From Adineta vaga (taxonomy: Eukaryota; Animalia; Rotifera), in contig CP075494.1 in the NCBI GenBank assembly GCA_021613535.1, forward strand, positions 10,230,001 through 10,294,000: a stretch of DNA of 64,000 bases. The letters are read 5' to 3'. The notes under the pieces are model-generated. The model ran no database searches and had not been told where the DNA came from. It saw only the letters and a list, made by a program, of their open reading frames with translations. This document shows positions 38,252-52,287 of this stretch, piece after piece. Made by a program: the position numbers and the translations under genes. Each line of letters starts with the position of its first letter. The stretch's first letter is position 1.

Positions 38252-41200
38252 TTACGAGATCAGATTTTTCCACGCCTGTCGATCTTGCGCAAGGTGGAAC
38301 AGCTCCTGTCCACTGCGTTGACACCAGTCAGTTATATCATCCAGCCATTCTCTGCAGGGACGTCCCCTTCGAGATTTTCCGTCTATCTTGCCAAATAGTA
38401 GATGCTTTATCAATCTACTGTCGTCCATTCTGCAGATGTGACCAAATAACCTCAACTTTCTCTTCTTGATGGTGTCGATTATCGTTTCCTCTCTTGATAT
38501 TCTTTTTCGAATATCTTCGTTTCGTATCATATCTTGCCAACTTATTCTTAAAATGCGTCGGTAACATTTCATTTCAAATACCAACAGCTTTTTCCTGTCT
38601 GCTTCTTTTAGAGTCCATGTCTCCGAAGCGTATAGTAGAACACTGAAGACACACGTGGTTAGAATTTTTAGTTTGTTTTCTATCTTCAGTTTTTTGCTGT
38701 TCCAAATATGCTTCAAAGAAGCTAATGCACCTGTCGCTTTTCCTACTCGCCTTTTGATTTCTTCTGAACAGTTATTATCCCAGGTGATTAAACTGCCGAG
38801 ATATTCGAATTTTTCTACATTTTCTATGGTGTCGCCTGCTACCTGTATCCTATTTTCAATATTCCTGTCTCCAAATACCATAGTTTTAGTTTTATTTATA
38901 TTTAGCATCAGTCCAGATTGTTCGGCTGCTGTTCTCGTTAGCTCAATTTGGTGTTGTAGTGAGCTAAGATCTTCATCTATGAGATCAATATCGTCTGCGA
39001 ATCTTAGGTTGTTTACAAGTATTCCGCTGACATTGATTCCGCAGGTGTTTTGTCTCACCTGATCCATTACTCTTTCTAGATATGCGATGAAGAGGAGTGG
39101 TGACAAAGGATCGCCTTGTCTTGTTCCTACGTCTGTTTGGAACCACTCGCCATAATCATTTCCAATTCGAACAGCTGACTGTGATGTTTCGTAAATGTTC
39201 TGTAGCAGCGTGATTATTTTTGTTTCTACACCATATGATTTTAGCATAGCCCAAATTATTTTATGTTTAATAGTATCGAATGCTTTTTGAAAATCAATAA
39301 AACAGTTGTAGATTTTCTTTCCCTGTCTTTTTGCTTTCTCAACCAATAGTCTAAGCACCAAAATCTGATGTACTGTACTTCTGTCTTTCCTAAATCCTGC
39401 CTGTTCTTCTGAAAGGTAGGGATCTAAGTAGCTTTTTAGTCTATTTAACAGTACAGTTAGGAGTACTTTCCCTGTATGGTTGATAAGAGAGATCGTTCGA
39501 TAGTTGGAACAATTACTGAGATCTCCTTTTTTCGGTATGGGCACCAAGATAGATTTGCCCCAATCCTCCGGAATTGTGCCTTCATGCCATGCTTTGTTAC
39601 AGAGCTGATAGATTTGACGTGCTAGTGGTTCTCCTCCAGCTTGTAGCATTTCTGCTGGAATTCCGTCTGATCCTGGACTCTTATTTCTTTTTAGTGCACG
39701 TATTGCTGTTTGGACCTCGGAATACAGGATGTCCTGTGTATCTTGATCTGTGGGAGGGGCAATGGCTTCAAGTTCTTTTACCACCTTATCTCCACCACCA
39801 GGATCTTTATACAGACTGCTACAATACTGTGTCCATCTGTCTTTGATGTCATCTTTTGACTGTAACATTGTTCCCTGCTGATCTCGTATCACATTCAGTC
39901 GAGGTACAAATTCGCTTTTTAATGTTTTCAATAGGCTGTATGCTTCTCTAGTGTTTCCAATGTTTAGACCTTTATCAGCTTGCTCGCATTGATCTTGAAT
40001 CCAATGCTCCTTATCTTGTCTTGCAGATTTCTTGACTTTCCGACATGAGTCCTTATACTGCTGTGTGTATTCTATGGAAACGTTTTTCATCTGTTTTAGT
40101 TTGCGTTTTTCATCAGCAAGTTTTAGTGTATCTTCTGAAATCCAGGGTTTTTAGTTTTTCTTTTTGCCGGTATCGTCATCTCTACTGCAGTTTTAATCGC
40201 TTCTCTTATTTTGTTCGCCTGAACTTCCAGACTGCATGTTGGTCTTATATCCTCCATGTTATTTAACATTGAAGTACGGTATGATTGTCTTATTTTCTCA
40301 TCTTTCAATCGGTTCACATCAACTCTGTAGGATTGCGGGACTCTCTTCAACATTTTCTTGAGTCGCAGTTTGATATTACATAAGACTAGTGAATGATCTG
40401 AGCTTATGTCTGCACTCTGAAATGATCGACAGTTGATGACCGATGTCTTCCATCTTCTTTGAATGAGAATTAGATCAATCATGTTGTGATGAATGCCATC
40501 CGGTGATGCCCAAGTCCATTTCCTATTAGGTTTATGTTGAAACCTTGTATTACATATGTAGAGATCGTGTGCGGTCGCAAATTCTAGGAGGCGTTCTCCG
40601 CGTTCGTTTCTATCACCATACCCATATTTACCCATAACGGATTTCCAATCTTCATTTTCGCTACCAATTTTAGCATTCCAATCTCCTGTCAAGATGATTA
40701 TATCCTTTTTATCTGTTTTTGATATTGCTTTTTCAATATCGCTGTAGAATGTTTCAATATCCTCTTCTGATGATGCAGAGGTTGGTGCATATACATGTAT
40801 GACTGTAATTTTAAATGGTGCTGCATCGAATCGCGCCGAAATCGTTCGTGAGCTTATTGGAGTATATCCTAATAATGCCTTTTTTGCTTGCGCACTTAGT
40901 AAGAAACCGACACCTCGCATATGTAGAGTCTCTTCTCCTGACCAGATGAAATCTCCATTCGGTGTTTCACCTTTTCCTATCCATCGCACTTCAGAAATAC
41001 CAATTATATCATATCTGAAACGTTTCATTTCGTTTCGCAATAATTCCAATTTTCCAGCAGCCCACAGGGTCTGCACATTCCATGTTCCTACTGTCAAAGA
41101 ATTTTTGGCAAGAGTGAGTTTTTGCGTGTTTTTCGTCGTTTTGTTCGTATGTAAGTTTTTTCCAGTATCCAATTTTTCGACTCTGTCCTGGTCACTCGAC

Positions 41201-41316
41201 AGAGGACGCGGACCTTGTTCACCCGGGCGACGTCCGAGCCGGTATGGTTTCGTGCTAATGTCGTTCATGGTTAGTTTCTTTCGTCTTTTTGTTTTTACAG
41301 GCGGCGGTATCTGCAC
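38252..41316 (-). CDS. RTE polyprotein: AP endonuclease + reverse transcriptase (single ORF split by a 1-bp deletion at about 40150)
   Basis: APE motifs GTWNV, GISEVRW, GDWNA, SDH; RT motifs NYRTISL, FIDFQKAFD, QGDPLSP, FADD. Adding one A in the homopolymer at 40148-40152 restores KTKKPWISEDTLKL into the second ORF. Confidence 0.92.
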
Positions 41317-41325
41317 CCCTTCCGT

Positions 41326-41397
41326 CTAACGCTCCTCCTTTATCCGGACTTGCGACCGGCATAAAGACCACCGAATAGTAGTCTCTATGGTGGAGTT
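41326..41397 (-). ncRNA. Twister self-cleaving ribozyme at the RTE 5' end
   Basis: Minus strand reads AA-CUCC-ACC-[hairpin]-GCCGGU-CGC-AAGU-CCGGA-UAAA-GGAG-GA-GCG-UUAG. P2 CUCC/GGAG, P4 CCGG/CCGG, pseudoknots CGC/GCG and AC/GU. Confidence 0.88.
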
Positions 41398-44351
41398 GAA
41401 TTAGTATACTTTCGCCATAAGTAAAGTCTCTATAGATTACGTTCTGTTTGTTTGACAATTTTGATATCCACATCTATTCCTACCTAAGTCTTCCTATGGG
41501 ACTGCATACCATCTGTGATCTCCATCGCTTCTATGAATAATGAAGCATTGCTCTGTGAGATGATTATCACAAACGGATAAAAAAAATACTACGTCAAAGA
41601 ATAAATTGAAACTTTCATTACTAAGCGTTCAATTTCATATTAATAAGTTTTTTAACGAGAGTTGCTAATTGTATACCAGATAACAGCGTAAAAGCTATGA
41701 CTTGTCTAATTTCTAATTTATTAGAGGATCAGAAATCATTCCTAAAAATCATTGAAAATATCTTCAATTTCTTTGAAATTATGAGATAAAATTGCTGTTT
41801 TATGTAAGATATAAACTGTCTTTCCGATACGAAAATATGTCACAGCTTCATCTTTAACTACATTCCCTTCCTCTTGTTATTTTTGCGTCTTGTGTCGAAT
41901 TATAATAATTAGTTGATGGATTATTGTTACAACTTGTTTTTCGTCCTTGAAAATTTTCGATCGCATTTCAATTCCTGATTTTATATTTCCGCTAATTTCT
42001 CATTCTATAGTTCTCTCTTCAACCCTCTCTGAATCTCTCTCTATCTATAAAAAAATTCTTAACAGTAACGTCATCCTTCCTCCTACAGGTTTTCTTAGAT
42101 CTTAAATTGAACTTTAAAGTCAATGAAAAGAAAATTTTGAAACGAATTACTTTGATAACAGTAATGAATTTGCAATAAGCGAAAGCTCATGATTTTTGGG
42201 TTTGCTAACACTTAAGCATTCGTTTACGATATTCGTATTAATAATCTATAAATGCAAGCTTCTATAAATCTCAACAAAAGAATTGACGAGCTAAAATTGA
42301 ACTCAAGTTTCAGAGTGAGCAAATTGCCTACGCAGAAATCTTATATTTTCTATCTATCTCTCTCTTCCGGTGGTTGCTGTCTTATATAAACTCGGATTTT
42401 GTATGGAAAAATCAACACGATTTCGTGAAGCATCTGATCACCGTCTCTACTGGTAAGTAGCAATGTTACCATTATCACTTTTCTGAAGAAAGATATTTTA
42501 AACAATACTTCTGATCTATGGAAGCTGGTATCACCTTATGAAACGTTGTTAACCTTCAAAGAATTAGGTTGAAATTTTGTCGAAGATTTTCTTGAACAAG
42601 ATCCCATAACTAAACACAGTTTGAATGGTTACGGTCTTATTAATTATTAACACTTATTCATGATTAGAAGTATCCTTATGTTAAGTTTTCGGCTTAGAAT
42701 AAACTTGGCCTTTCTCTTATATATTATGAAAATAGTTGATATATATTTCCATTGTACTGATGAGTCGCAATTATTCTTTATGTTATTTTGTAGATTAAAA
42801 AAGAGTTACTGTTTTTCGAGAATGATAGAATTAACTTAATGAGTTGCAATTCTTTCACCCGAAAAATCTTCGCTCCGTCCATCTCGAGGTATGCACTAGA
42901 AATGCGCGAGATAACTACGAACTTCATCGATGAAGTCTGCTTAGACCTTGATTATTGATACCGGAGTGAGTTTAAAAAAGACTAAACGACCGAAAACAGA
43001 TACACAGTCTATCACAATATTGAGTTTTCGATAGAATATGTATCGTTTCTCATTTAAAAATATAACGACTTGTGAATCTATCGCTTCCGGTTTTTTTGGT
43101 ACAGTAAAACAAAACAGAAACTTACTTTATATATTATCTAGGGCCCGATAAATAACATTGACTATGAAAAAGAGAAACAGATGATTTCAAAATCATGAAT
43201 ATTGTTAATCATTTCAATGACTCTGAGATACTTGTAGATATCGAGGAGATCAAAAACACTTGTCATTGTGTTTCGGACGCTAGGTAACGAAGAATCAGAG
43301 ACTAAAGCTATCGAACTAAACCAGCTTTGTTTTGAAAAACTAACACTATTTTCAAATTTTGAGCCATATGAGAAATACAATGCATAGCTCTGTTTGATCT
43401 GTATTACAAAGGATTTCTAAAAATCTTCTAATCTGCAAAGATTATAGGAGAAAATGAAGCTACAATATTGTTAACTAGTGAATTAAAGAAACACGTGCTT
43501 TTATATACTACTGTGATGTCTTACCAATCATATAAGTTCGAGCGAAGATGTTATTTAGACCGACAATATGGCTTGTACAATAGTTTCTTCATGTAATTGA
43601 AACAGATTTATGTCTAAAATATGTGAGAAACATAAATTAAAGCAGCGTGCTGCGGATGAAATGATACTAGAAGAAGAAATCATGTATAGTCTCCTTAATC
43701 AAACAAACATTTTACTAGCATACTTCAATGTCTCAATTGTAATTATTCATGTAAGCCCTACTTGTTGATAAACAAACAGACAGGACGATGTCGTTTGCAG
43801 TTAGCTTCAAATTATAGTGTAGAAAGTATTAAGAAGTAGCTTTCGTCTAAAAAACAAAATTTTGTTATAGAATAAAAGCGTATGTTTTCTTACACCGTAT
43901 TTTTCATATTTCAGTGCTGTCATACTATACAAGTAATAAATAAACATGAGTAAAAGTAACAATCCTTTTTGTGTTTTTTGTTAAGCGTCAATGACTCACA
44001 ATAGTTTCTGATTTAGAATATGCAAACACTCTTGTTCCAGCTTTTGTCCTCTTGTGCACAAGCAGTTTTGAGTCATTTATAATAGTTTCCACGATTTTGA
44101 CTGATCTAACTAGTTACTCTGTGACTTTCAAAAGCAGAATTGCCTTATGTCTCTTTAAATTGGAATGAAAATGTATATTCGCAATAAGTATGAGTAATTT
44201 GAAAAGTTATATAAAACCAGAAAAATAAGCGTCAAATTCATATTTTACTATAGCTTTAACTGCTGTCGTGAGCGTAAACTACTTTGATTTGAACTCCAGG
44301 ATACATGTTCTTTGTCTTCAACTTAGAACTTAACTATTCAACAAAGTTTCA

Positions 44352-45464
44352 ATGCCAATTTCAAATTACAACCGTTCATGGATCTTATTCGGTCCCCTTA
44401 TTCCGTCTGTTCTATGTTCCATTTTTGTTCTGTACCATTTTCTTAAAACCCGAGCACTTCGCAAAGCTCTCAATAATCATGTTCTTATTCTTCTCGTCTT
44501 TTGTGGGCTTATCGAAGAAATTACCGACCTCAGCTGGCAAATTCATTTTTATCGTACTGGCTATGCTTTGGTATATTCATCTGCTTTTTGTTACAGTTGG
44601 GTACTTATCGGTCCCTCTTTGTACATAGCAACATTCACAATAATGGCTTGGGGATCGATTGAGCGGCATATTCTTGTTTTTTATCCCAGATGGTTTGGAA
44701 CACGTACAAAACGGCTTTTCTTACATTATCTTCCTTTGGGTATAAGTGCCTTATGGCCATTAATGTTTTATCTTTTTGCTGCTATCATTCTACCCTGCAG
44801 TTATGCAAATAGTTATACAAGGAGATATTGTGGTCGATACAGCTGCGTTTCGGTAAATGCCGTGGCAACATGGGTGGACAGCATCGCAAATTATATTCTA
44901 CCGGCATTTGTTACTGTGGCGTTCAGTGTGGGGCTTTTTGTACGTGTACTGTGGCATCGATATCGTATTCGTGGACGAATTGATTGGAGAAATTACAAAA
45001 AAATGGCACTTCAATTATTACCGATATCCACTCTCTATCTTTTAATACAGTTTCCACCAATAATTTTGTATGCTGCTTATGCAGCTGGTGTACCATATAG
45101 CTTCGGCTCAGGTTACTATGCTGACGGCTTATTCTTTACTTATTGGATTGTATTGTTCAATCCATTTGCATGTGCTCTGTCATTGCCTGACTTGAAAACC
45201 AAAGTGCGTAACGTCATATTTTTCTGGCGACGACAAAATGCTGTTCAACCAGCAATGGCATTGACTCGTCGAAATGCCGATCAAACCGTCGTACCAGCTC
45301 GTAAGCCAGGGCCAGGAGCACCAATGAAGCCAGCCTTAGCACCACCGCCAGCTTCAGTACCAGCGCCAGAACCCGTAGCAGGACAGGTGACAAACGGCGA
45401 AGATGTGGCATCAGGAGCAAATGTGCCAAATGTTTCAAATCAAATGCCACAAGTGAATTTATGA
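44352..45464 (+). CDS. Intronless class A (rhodopsin-like) GPCR, orphan
   Basis: 370 aa with about seven hydrophobic segments, DRY-like SIERH after TM3, FNPF in TM7, Pro/Ala-rich tail; TATA-like TATATAAAA near 44208. Confidence 0.85.
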   Translation: MPISNYNRSWILFGPLIPSVLCSIFVLYHFLKTRALRKALNNHVLILLVFCGLIEEITDLSWQIHFYRTGYALVYSSAFCYSWVLIGPSLYIATFTIMAWGSIERHILVFYPRWFGTRTKRLFLHYLPLGISALWPLMFYLFAAIILPCSYANSYTRRYCGRYSCVSVNAVATWVDSIANYILPAFVTVAFSVGLFVRVLWHRYRIRGRIDWRNYKKMALQLLPISTLYLLIQFPPIILYAAYAAGVPYSFGSGYYADGLFFTYWIVLFNPFACALSLPDLKTKVRNVIFFWRRQNAVQPAMALTRRNADQTVVPARKPGPGAPMKPALAPPPASVPAPEPVAGQVTNGEDVASGANVPNVSNQMPQVNL

Positions 45465-46470
45465 ACAGTGTACAATAATTACAACTGTTTTAAACAAAAG
45501 CCCAAGATTCCACCACAAAAGGCCTATCAACAGACATTACTTGATGTTGTTAAGATATTTCCTTTTCCTTTTATTCTTTCTATTCTATATATACCTGTGA
45601 AGTAATTTCTTTTCAACAATCGTTATTTATCATTCATGTTGTTGATTTCTAACTTTGATTTTTTCTGTATTGTTTAGTCTGTTTCTCCGTCAATAAAAAA
45701 AGCTTAGTATATCCCAATACAATGATGTAATTTGAGCAAAAAAACTAATAATAATTGTTAACTTAACATATCAAAAATAACTGTAAACAAATGCTCTATT
45801 AAAACAATAAAGATCTCACTATTGGAATAGTCCTTGCATCGCGTACCGACTAATAGTAGAAGATCAAAACATAGTCATAGTATACTTCAACGACTCTCAC
45901 ATATTGACTATTATTTATTCATTCACAAAACGAAAGAAATCTTTCTGTAAAGAAACCATATGATACTACGGCGATGTACTACAAAGTGAAAAACTGATAT
46001 TTTAGATGTATTTATTTCGTATTTGTGAGTGACATAAATCAGATAATCTTAGTAAAAATAAGATAGAATATTACATATAAGGTTCATATTCTAAAAAGTA
46101 CATAAAAGTAAAGAAAACTATATTTATTCTCTGTATACTGTTTAATCATCTTTTTAAAATTGAAGAAGTTACGACAAACACTGTTCTTATCCACACACTG
46201 TAGTATTAGTTGATGTAAACTATACAAATAATATAACAACTAAGATTGTCGTTCATCTTTCGAACATGCTCACTTATTTCTTAAAAAATCTAATGAATAC
46301 TACGAGTGAAATCTATTTCGGTAATATTATTTTTATAATATTAATTATTTTACGAAATTTAACAAGAATTCTAACGCCACTAAATAAATTTTATTCATTG
46401 AAAACAACATTCAAATATTTTGATAGTTATAACATGGATAGATCATTGAATATCTACACCGATATACATA

Positions 46471-49400
46471 TTAATGATCAACAGATCTTCTTTGTGTTAA
46501 TGCTAATTGTGCATAGATACCTTTTTGATGCAATAATTCTTCATGAGTACCCTAAGAATAAAGATATAATCTTCTAAAAAGAAATATGATACATTTACTC
46601 ACTTCTTCTCTTAGTTTGCCTCGCTTAACAACAGCGATCTTCTCTGAATTTCGAATTGTAGATAAACGATGAGCAATTGTTACACAGGTTCGACCTAGTC
46701 GTGCTTGATCTAATGTTTCTTGGACAATCTTTTCACTTTTATTGTCTAATGCTGACGTTGCTTCGTCAAGGAGGAGAATTTTTGGGTTACGAATTAATGC
46801 TCGCGCAATGGCAACTAAAACTCATAGTCTATAAAAAAAAATTCTCTTTCAGAAGAAATTTACTTCGTTGTTTTTGTCCACCGGATAATTGACTACCTTT
46901 TGCTCCACACATTGTTTCATAACCCTAGAACACTCACAATTTCATTTAGTATCAAGAATAAAAACAAAGAAATACCTTTGGGAATGAAGTAATCAAATCG
47001 TGTATATTAGCCATTCGAGCAACAGCTTCAATTTCATCTTGAGTTACTTCTCGACTATTATCACCATAGGCAATGTTATCACGAATGGAAAGATTAAAAA
47101 GAACAGGTTCCTGTTGAACGAGACCTATCATCGATCTCAACCATTGAATATTAAACACCTTTATATCATGTCCATCAATCAAAATTCGACCTTTATTTGG
47201 GTCATAGAATCTTAGCAACATCGCTATAGCTGTTGATTTTCCGCATCCTGATGGACCGACAAGAGCTGTGGTGTTACCATGCGAACATTTCAATGAGAAA
47301 TGTCTCAAGACACGAAGCGTCGAACGATTTGAATATCGAAAATGAACATCATTAAATTCAATATTGCCAATAATATCTTTCTAAATGAGAAAAGAAATCG
47401 AAGACTTTGTTGATGTTTTGCAGAAAGATAGCAGTAGAACAAGCATACTAAGATGATACCAGATTGACTACTAGGATCAATTTGTGATTGCCGTTTATGA
47501 AGTTTGATAATTCGTAATCCTGCATTTTTGCCTTTTGCAAAATCAGGAACCATTCTTAGTGATCGATTGACTGCGAGCATAGACAAACTGATTACGCAAA
47601 ACACTCTATCATAAGAATATTTATTGGAATAAACAAATGCGTATTAGATACTATTTTACCTGTATACTTCATTAAATCCTAGTTCACCATTTTCCATTAA
47701 TTTACTACCATATCCAAAGGATGCGCACTGAATAAAATACGATAACGAGGTAGATATAGCATCTCCTAATGCTAAAAGATGTATTCGCTTCACTTTTATC
47801 CTATATATATCAATAGTTTGCATGAAAAGTTGAAGTTAAACGTGAGTATATTGCCATACTTAAATTCTTGATTGAATGCATCTTCATAAAGATTGATAAA
47901 GTGATTCTCTTTATGAAGAGCAACCACAGTACGAATATGTTCAATTGCCTGTGTCGCATACTAGAATAGTTAATAATTTCTTTTGTACAAAGTAATAAAA
48001 TATAAATAAAATACCTGTCCACCTTTTTCAGCAAATGTCACTTTATTTTTTCCTTTGGTGTCTTTTATTTGACTTCGTAATTTGCCGGATAGAAATATAA
48101 TCGGAGAAAAGCTCAAATTTAGCAATGTCAGTTTCCAACTCGTTGTAAATCCCAGAATCAAACCCACTAAAGCGGCACTGATTGATTGAAAAATAGTTCC
48201 AATCCGAATACCAGTTAAACCCTAGAACACAGGGTTCGTATTCGCAATATTATATTGTAGTTTAATATTTTTACTTTTAGTGCTGATGCATCTGAAGAAA
48301 GACGTGTCACAAGAGCGCCAACAGAATTTTCTTCCTGATCAAAATAACTTATTTCTTGTCGTATCATTGCACTAAATGTTATTGTTCGCATACGCATTGT
48401 TAATGCTTCACCTGACTTAGCAAAGCTAAAACTAGTTAAAAATTGAGCAGTACCACCACCCACACCGATAAAGAAACATATTATAGCATAGACACGTATT
48501 AAACGTTCTTGTTCGCGTGGATCTGGTTCATTTACTGTGCTATATAGACTTGCAAAAATATATCCGTAAAGTGGTTGAACGGCACCACTACCAAGAGACA
48601 CCAATGCGCCCAACAAAATCCAATACCATTCCGGAATATTAAACTTTGCAATTTGTAATAGAAATGGAAGACGAGAGAATTTCTTGGTTTTAGAGGAATT
48701 ATCAGATAATTCATCGGCACTTTCATTGTATCCATCAGAATTTCCAGCTGAATTCATTGATTGTTTCGAAACTCTTCGATTAGCTAAAACAAATATATTC
48801 AACATTATGAAACAGAAGAATAAAATTATATAATAAACTTACCGAGTACTTGTTGGGCCCATGTACCATGAGCTTCTGTCTCATTTTCGTCGTTTTCACT
48901 ATCTGAATTAGTTTCTTGCTTTTCTTTCTCTTCTTCTTTTCGATGTTGAGCCATGACCAATTCATAATAAAGACCTTTTTGTTTCATTAATTCATGATGA
49001 GTTCCACTCTCTTTTACTTGCCCATTTTCCAATGCAACAATTAAATCAGCATTTCTTATTGTACTTAAACGATGAGCGATTACTACTGTTGTACGACCAT
49101 CTTTAGCTTTATCCAATGCATCTTGTACAACTCGTTCACTAGCATTATCTATACGAGACAGTCTTAGTTTTATAGAATAGAAAAGAGAAACTAACCGAGT
49201 GCACTTGTTGCTTCATCGAGTAAAAGAATTTTTGGATCTGATAACAATGCTCGAGCAATAGCAACTAGAATAATCGTGTTACTCTATAACAAGAAACAAT
49301 CAATGAATTAGTGGACATACTTCGTTGTTTCTGACCACCACTCAATTTATCACCAGACGGTGTTTTATAATTCTATAACAAAAAAGACGCAAGCAATATT

Positions 49401-52287
49401 TGTTTAAGAAACTAGTAATCTGTACTTCTGGTAGTGCCATAATAAAGTCATGAGCATTAGCCATTTTTGCCACAGCCTCCACTTCTTCGTCTGTTGCGTC
49501 AGGTTTACCGTAACGGATATTATCTTCAATTGAACCTGTAAAAAGAACTGGCTCTTGACTAACAACGCCGATATGTGAACGTAGCCAAGCAACATTCAAT
49601 CTTGTTATATTTCTTCCATCAAGTAGAATTCGACCACTCTCTGGGTCGTAAAATCGTTGTATTAATTGAATTGCCGTACTTTCTATAGTTAGAAAACATC
49701 GTCTAAACATCGAAAAACTAGAGATTTACTCACTTCCACAGCCTGATGATCCAACCAGAGCCATTGTTTTACCAGACGGGATAGTTATCGATAGCTTTCT
49801 AAGAACCTAAATATAAGTAAGATAAAATTTCAAAGCAAATATAAGAGAAAGTGATGCCTACGGGTGCGTCTTGCCGCATAGGATATGTAAACGTAATATT
49901 TTCAAATTCAATATCACCTTTAATCGTTTCTGGTTTGTCACCAGAATCACTTAACGCATCAATCATCGAACACTAACAGAATAAAGAAAAGGACTTATTT
50001 CAGATCCAGAATAGTAACGAAAATCCTACTCTTTCAATTAAATCAAATACATAAATACCACTGCCAGTAGCTTCTGCATAACTTTGAATATTCGGCATTA
50101 ATTGAGATAATCCTGCTGTAGCACTCTACAAAGATTAAATAAATATTCCGGTATATCAGTTATATTTTTAGACAAGATCAACATACCATACAAGCAAAAA
50201 GAATCTACAAATAGAGAACAGTATAGACTATAGTAAATGTAGAATAGATTATTAGCTTACAACAAATACCGATCCAGGAGAATAATTTTCACAATCAATT
50301 TGAGTAAGGCGTAGTCCATACCTAATATAACGATATTATTAATTAAGTAATAAGAGATAGAACTACTGAAGCTTGATACCAAAGTGTAAGTGCTGTTGCT
50401 GAATAGTTGATCAGATTGCTGATACCTTGACAAATTCCCATATAAAGGCCTTTTTTTACTCCAATTGCTTTTGCTTTAAGAAGACTGTTTGCAAATCTGA
50501 AATAGTTAAAAGTTTGAATCGATTTCAACACATAATTATGTAAACCTTTTTTCGTCTTTTTGTTGGCCATGAAATGCTGTTACTGTTCGAATATTTTGTA
50601 ACACTTCTTGTGCAATAGCTGATGCCGATGCAAATGCTTGAACTTCTTTCACTGTAAATGAAACGATCGTCTAAAGAACATATCGATTGTTTTTGCAATA
50701 CTTTTTCGCAAAGAATATTTTTACTTTAATGGTAAAATGAAAAGTAATCATGATCAATGGAGATAGAGACATATACACTAATGATAATTTCCATCCTTCC
50801 ACAAAAGACAAAATCAGTGAACTGATCATTTGTGAAAACAGTGTAATAAAATCAGGAATTTTTTCACTAAAATATATCGATATTTAGTGAAAGTATCAAG
50901 ATTAATTTGATAAAGTAAATTACCCAATGCCATCCTTGATTCTATCTAGAAGAGAAAATATTAACAATTTAAAACAGGTATTCATCTGATAGATTTATCT
51001 ACCTAAATCGTCAACAAGTCGATTGCTTAATTCTCCTGCATTACGTTCATCAAACCATCCCATCTCTTGCCGAAGAATATTTCGAAAAAGAGAAAATCGA
51101 ATACGACGTACTTGCCTTTCAGAAGCAAGAAGCCATGTAGCCGAAGAAACGTAATGTAATAAGATACTTCCAAAACCAAGTATAATATAATAGTTGATGA
51201 TATCTCTCATAGCGTCCGTTGGAGAAACAGGTGTCGTTACATTAACTCGATCCGTTTTACTAAAAAAATAAAGAAATAATTCTAATATATTTCATTGGAA
51301 AGTTACCATTCACTTGAACGATTGACCAGACTTGTAGTATTCATTGTATTATCATTGGTAAGACCATTAAGAACTGCCTTATAGATAATAAGCATGACCG
51401 GATAACAAGCTAAAGAAGAAAGAATTGACTATGCTGTATTAAAATAGGATTACATACCTCCACTTCCTAGTGCTAAAAAGAACGAATGAATGATAAATTT
51501 AACTATATAAAATAGAGTTGATTTTACCGGCAGTTAGACCAATAAACATTAGAAGAACATCTAGTCTATCTGAGAATTTAAAAATTTCAAATGATTTCAA
51601 ACTACGAACTTCTGGTTCCTTCGATTTTGTGAATCTTTGAGAAAAACTATTCGAAAAGAAAAATCCATATTCGTTTTGATTTTATAATGTTATATCGAAG
51701 TTACTTAACGGTATTTTTTTCATAAAGAGTGATCGTTTTCGATGAATTCCTATTTCTGAACTCAAATTAATATCACCAGGAGCTGAACAAATACTTCCAC
51801 GAATCTGGTATTGTACATATCGACCACTAAGAATATCTCGAACTTCTTTCTGTAGAGTTTCTTCGTCAATAACAACTTTTGATCGAGCTCTGGCAATGTA
51901 GGGGTTCGGAGCAGCAAACCTATTACGAAAAAAAAGCATACCGTATAATTTTCGAGCGAAAAATTAGACATACTTTTTAAGTTCTGGAACAACATCATCA
52001 TCTGACGGTCTTCGTGAAGAGGCAAGAGAAAAAGATACACTTCTTTGTCGTAGATCAGGTGTGTCGAGTAGTACATTATTAGATGAATCGATGCCAGGAT
52101 CCTTTATCAAATCTTCTGGTGCATCATCTTGTGAGTGGGTTGGTGATGGAATTCGAATAGTAGATGGTGATGAAACTGGTGAAATATCTCCTGTCGGAAG
52201 TGTTTGATCATTTGTCACATTGTTTGATAAATCTGTTTCACCATCGGAATTATTCTCCGACCCGTGTCTCGGTGTAATATCTCCCAT
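46471..52287 (-). CDS. ABCB (P-glycoprotein/MDR1-like) full ABC exporter, multi-exon
   Basis: Two TMD+NBD halves: GSSGCGKS and GPSGCGKST Walker A, LSGGQKQR twice, [39 protein letters not shown]. Stop at 46471. The start at 52287 assumes the two upstream exons belong to this gene. Confidence 0.9.

Larger units (their letters stand above)
38205..41397 (-). mobile_element. Full-length RTE-clade non-LTR retrotransposon
   Basis: 10-bp TSD GAATTAGTAT (38195-38204 and 41398-41407), short (ATG)n 3' tail, APE + RT coding region, 5' twister ribozyme. Confidence 0.93.

Noticed and set aside
40123-41316. Separate ORF1 of a two-ORF LINE
   Set aside because: It is the endonuclease half of the single RTE ORF, split by a 1-bp deletion.
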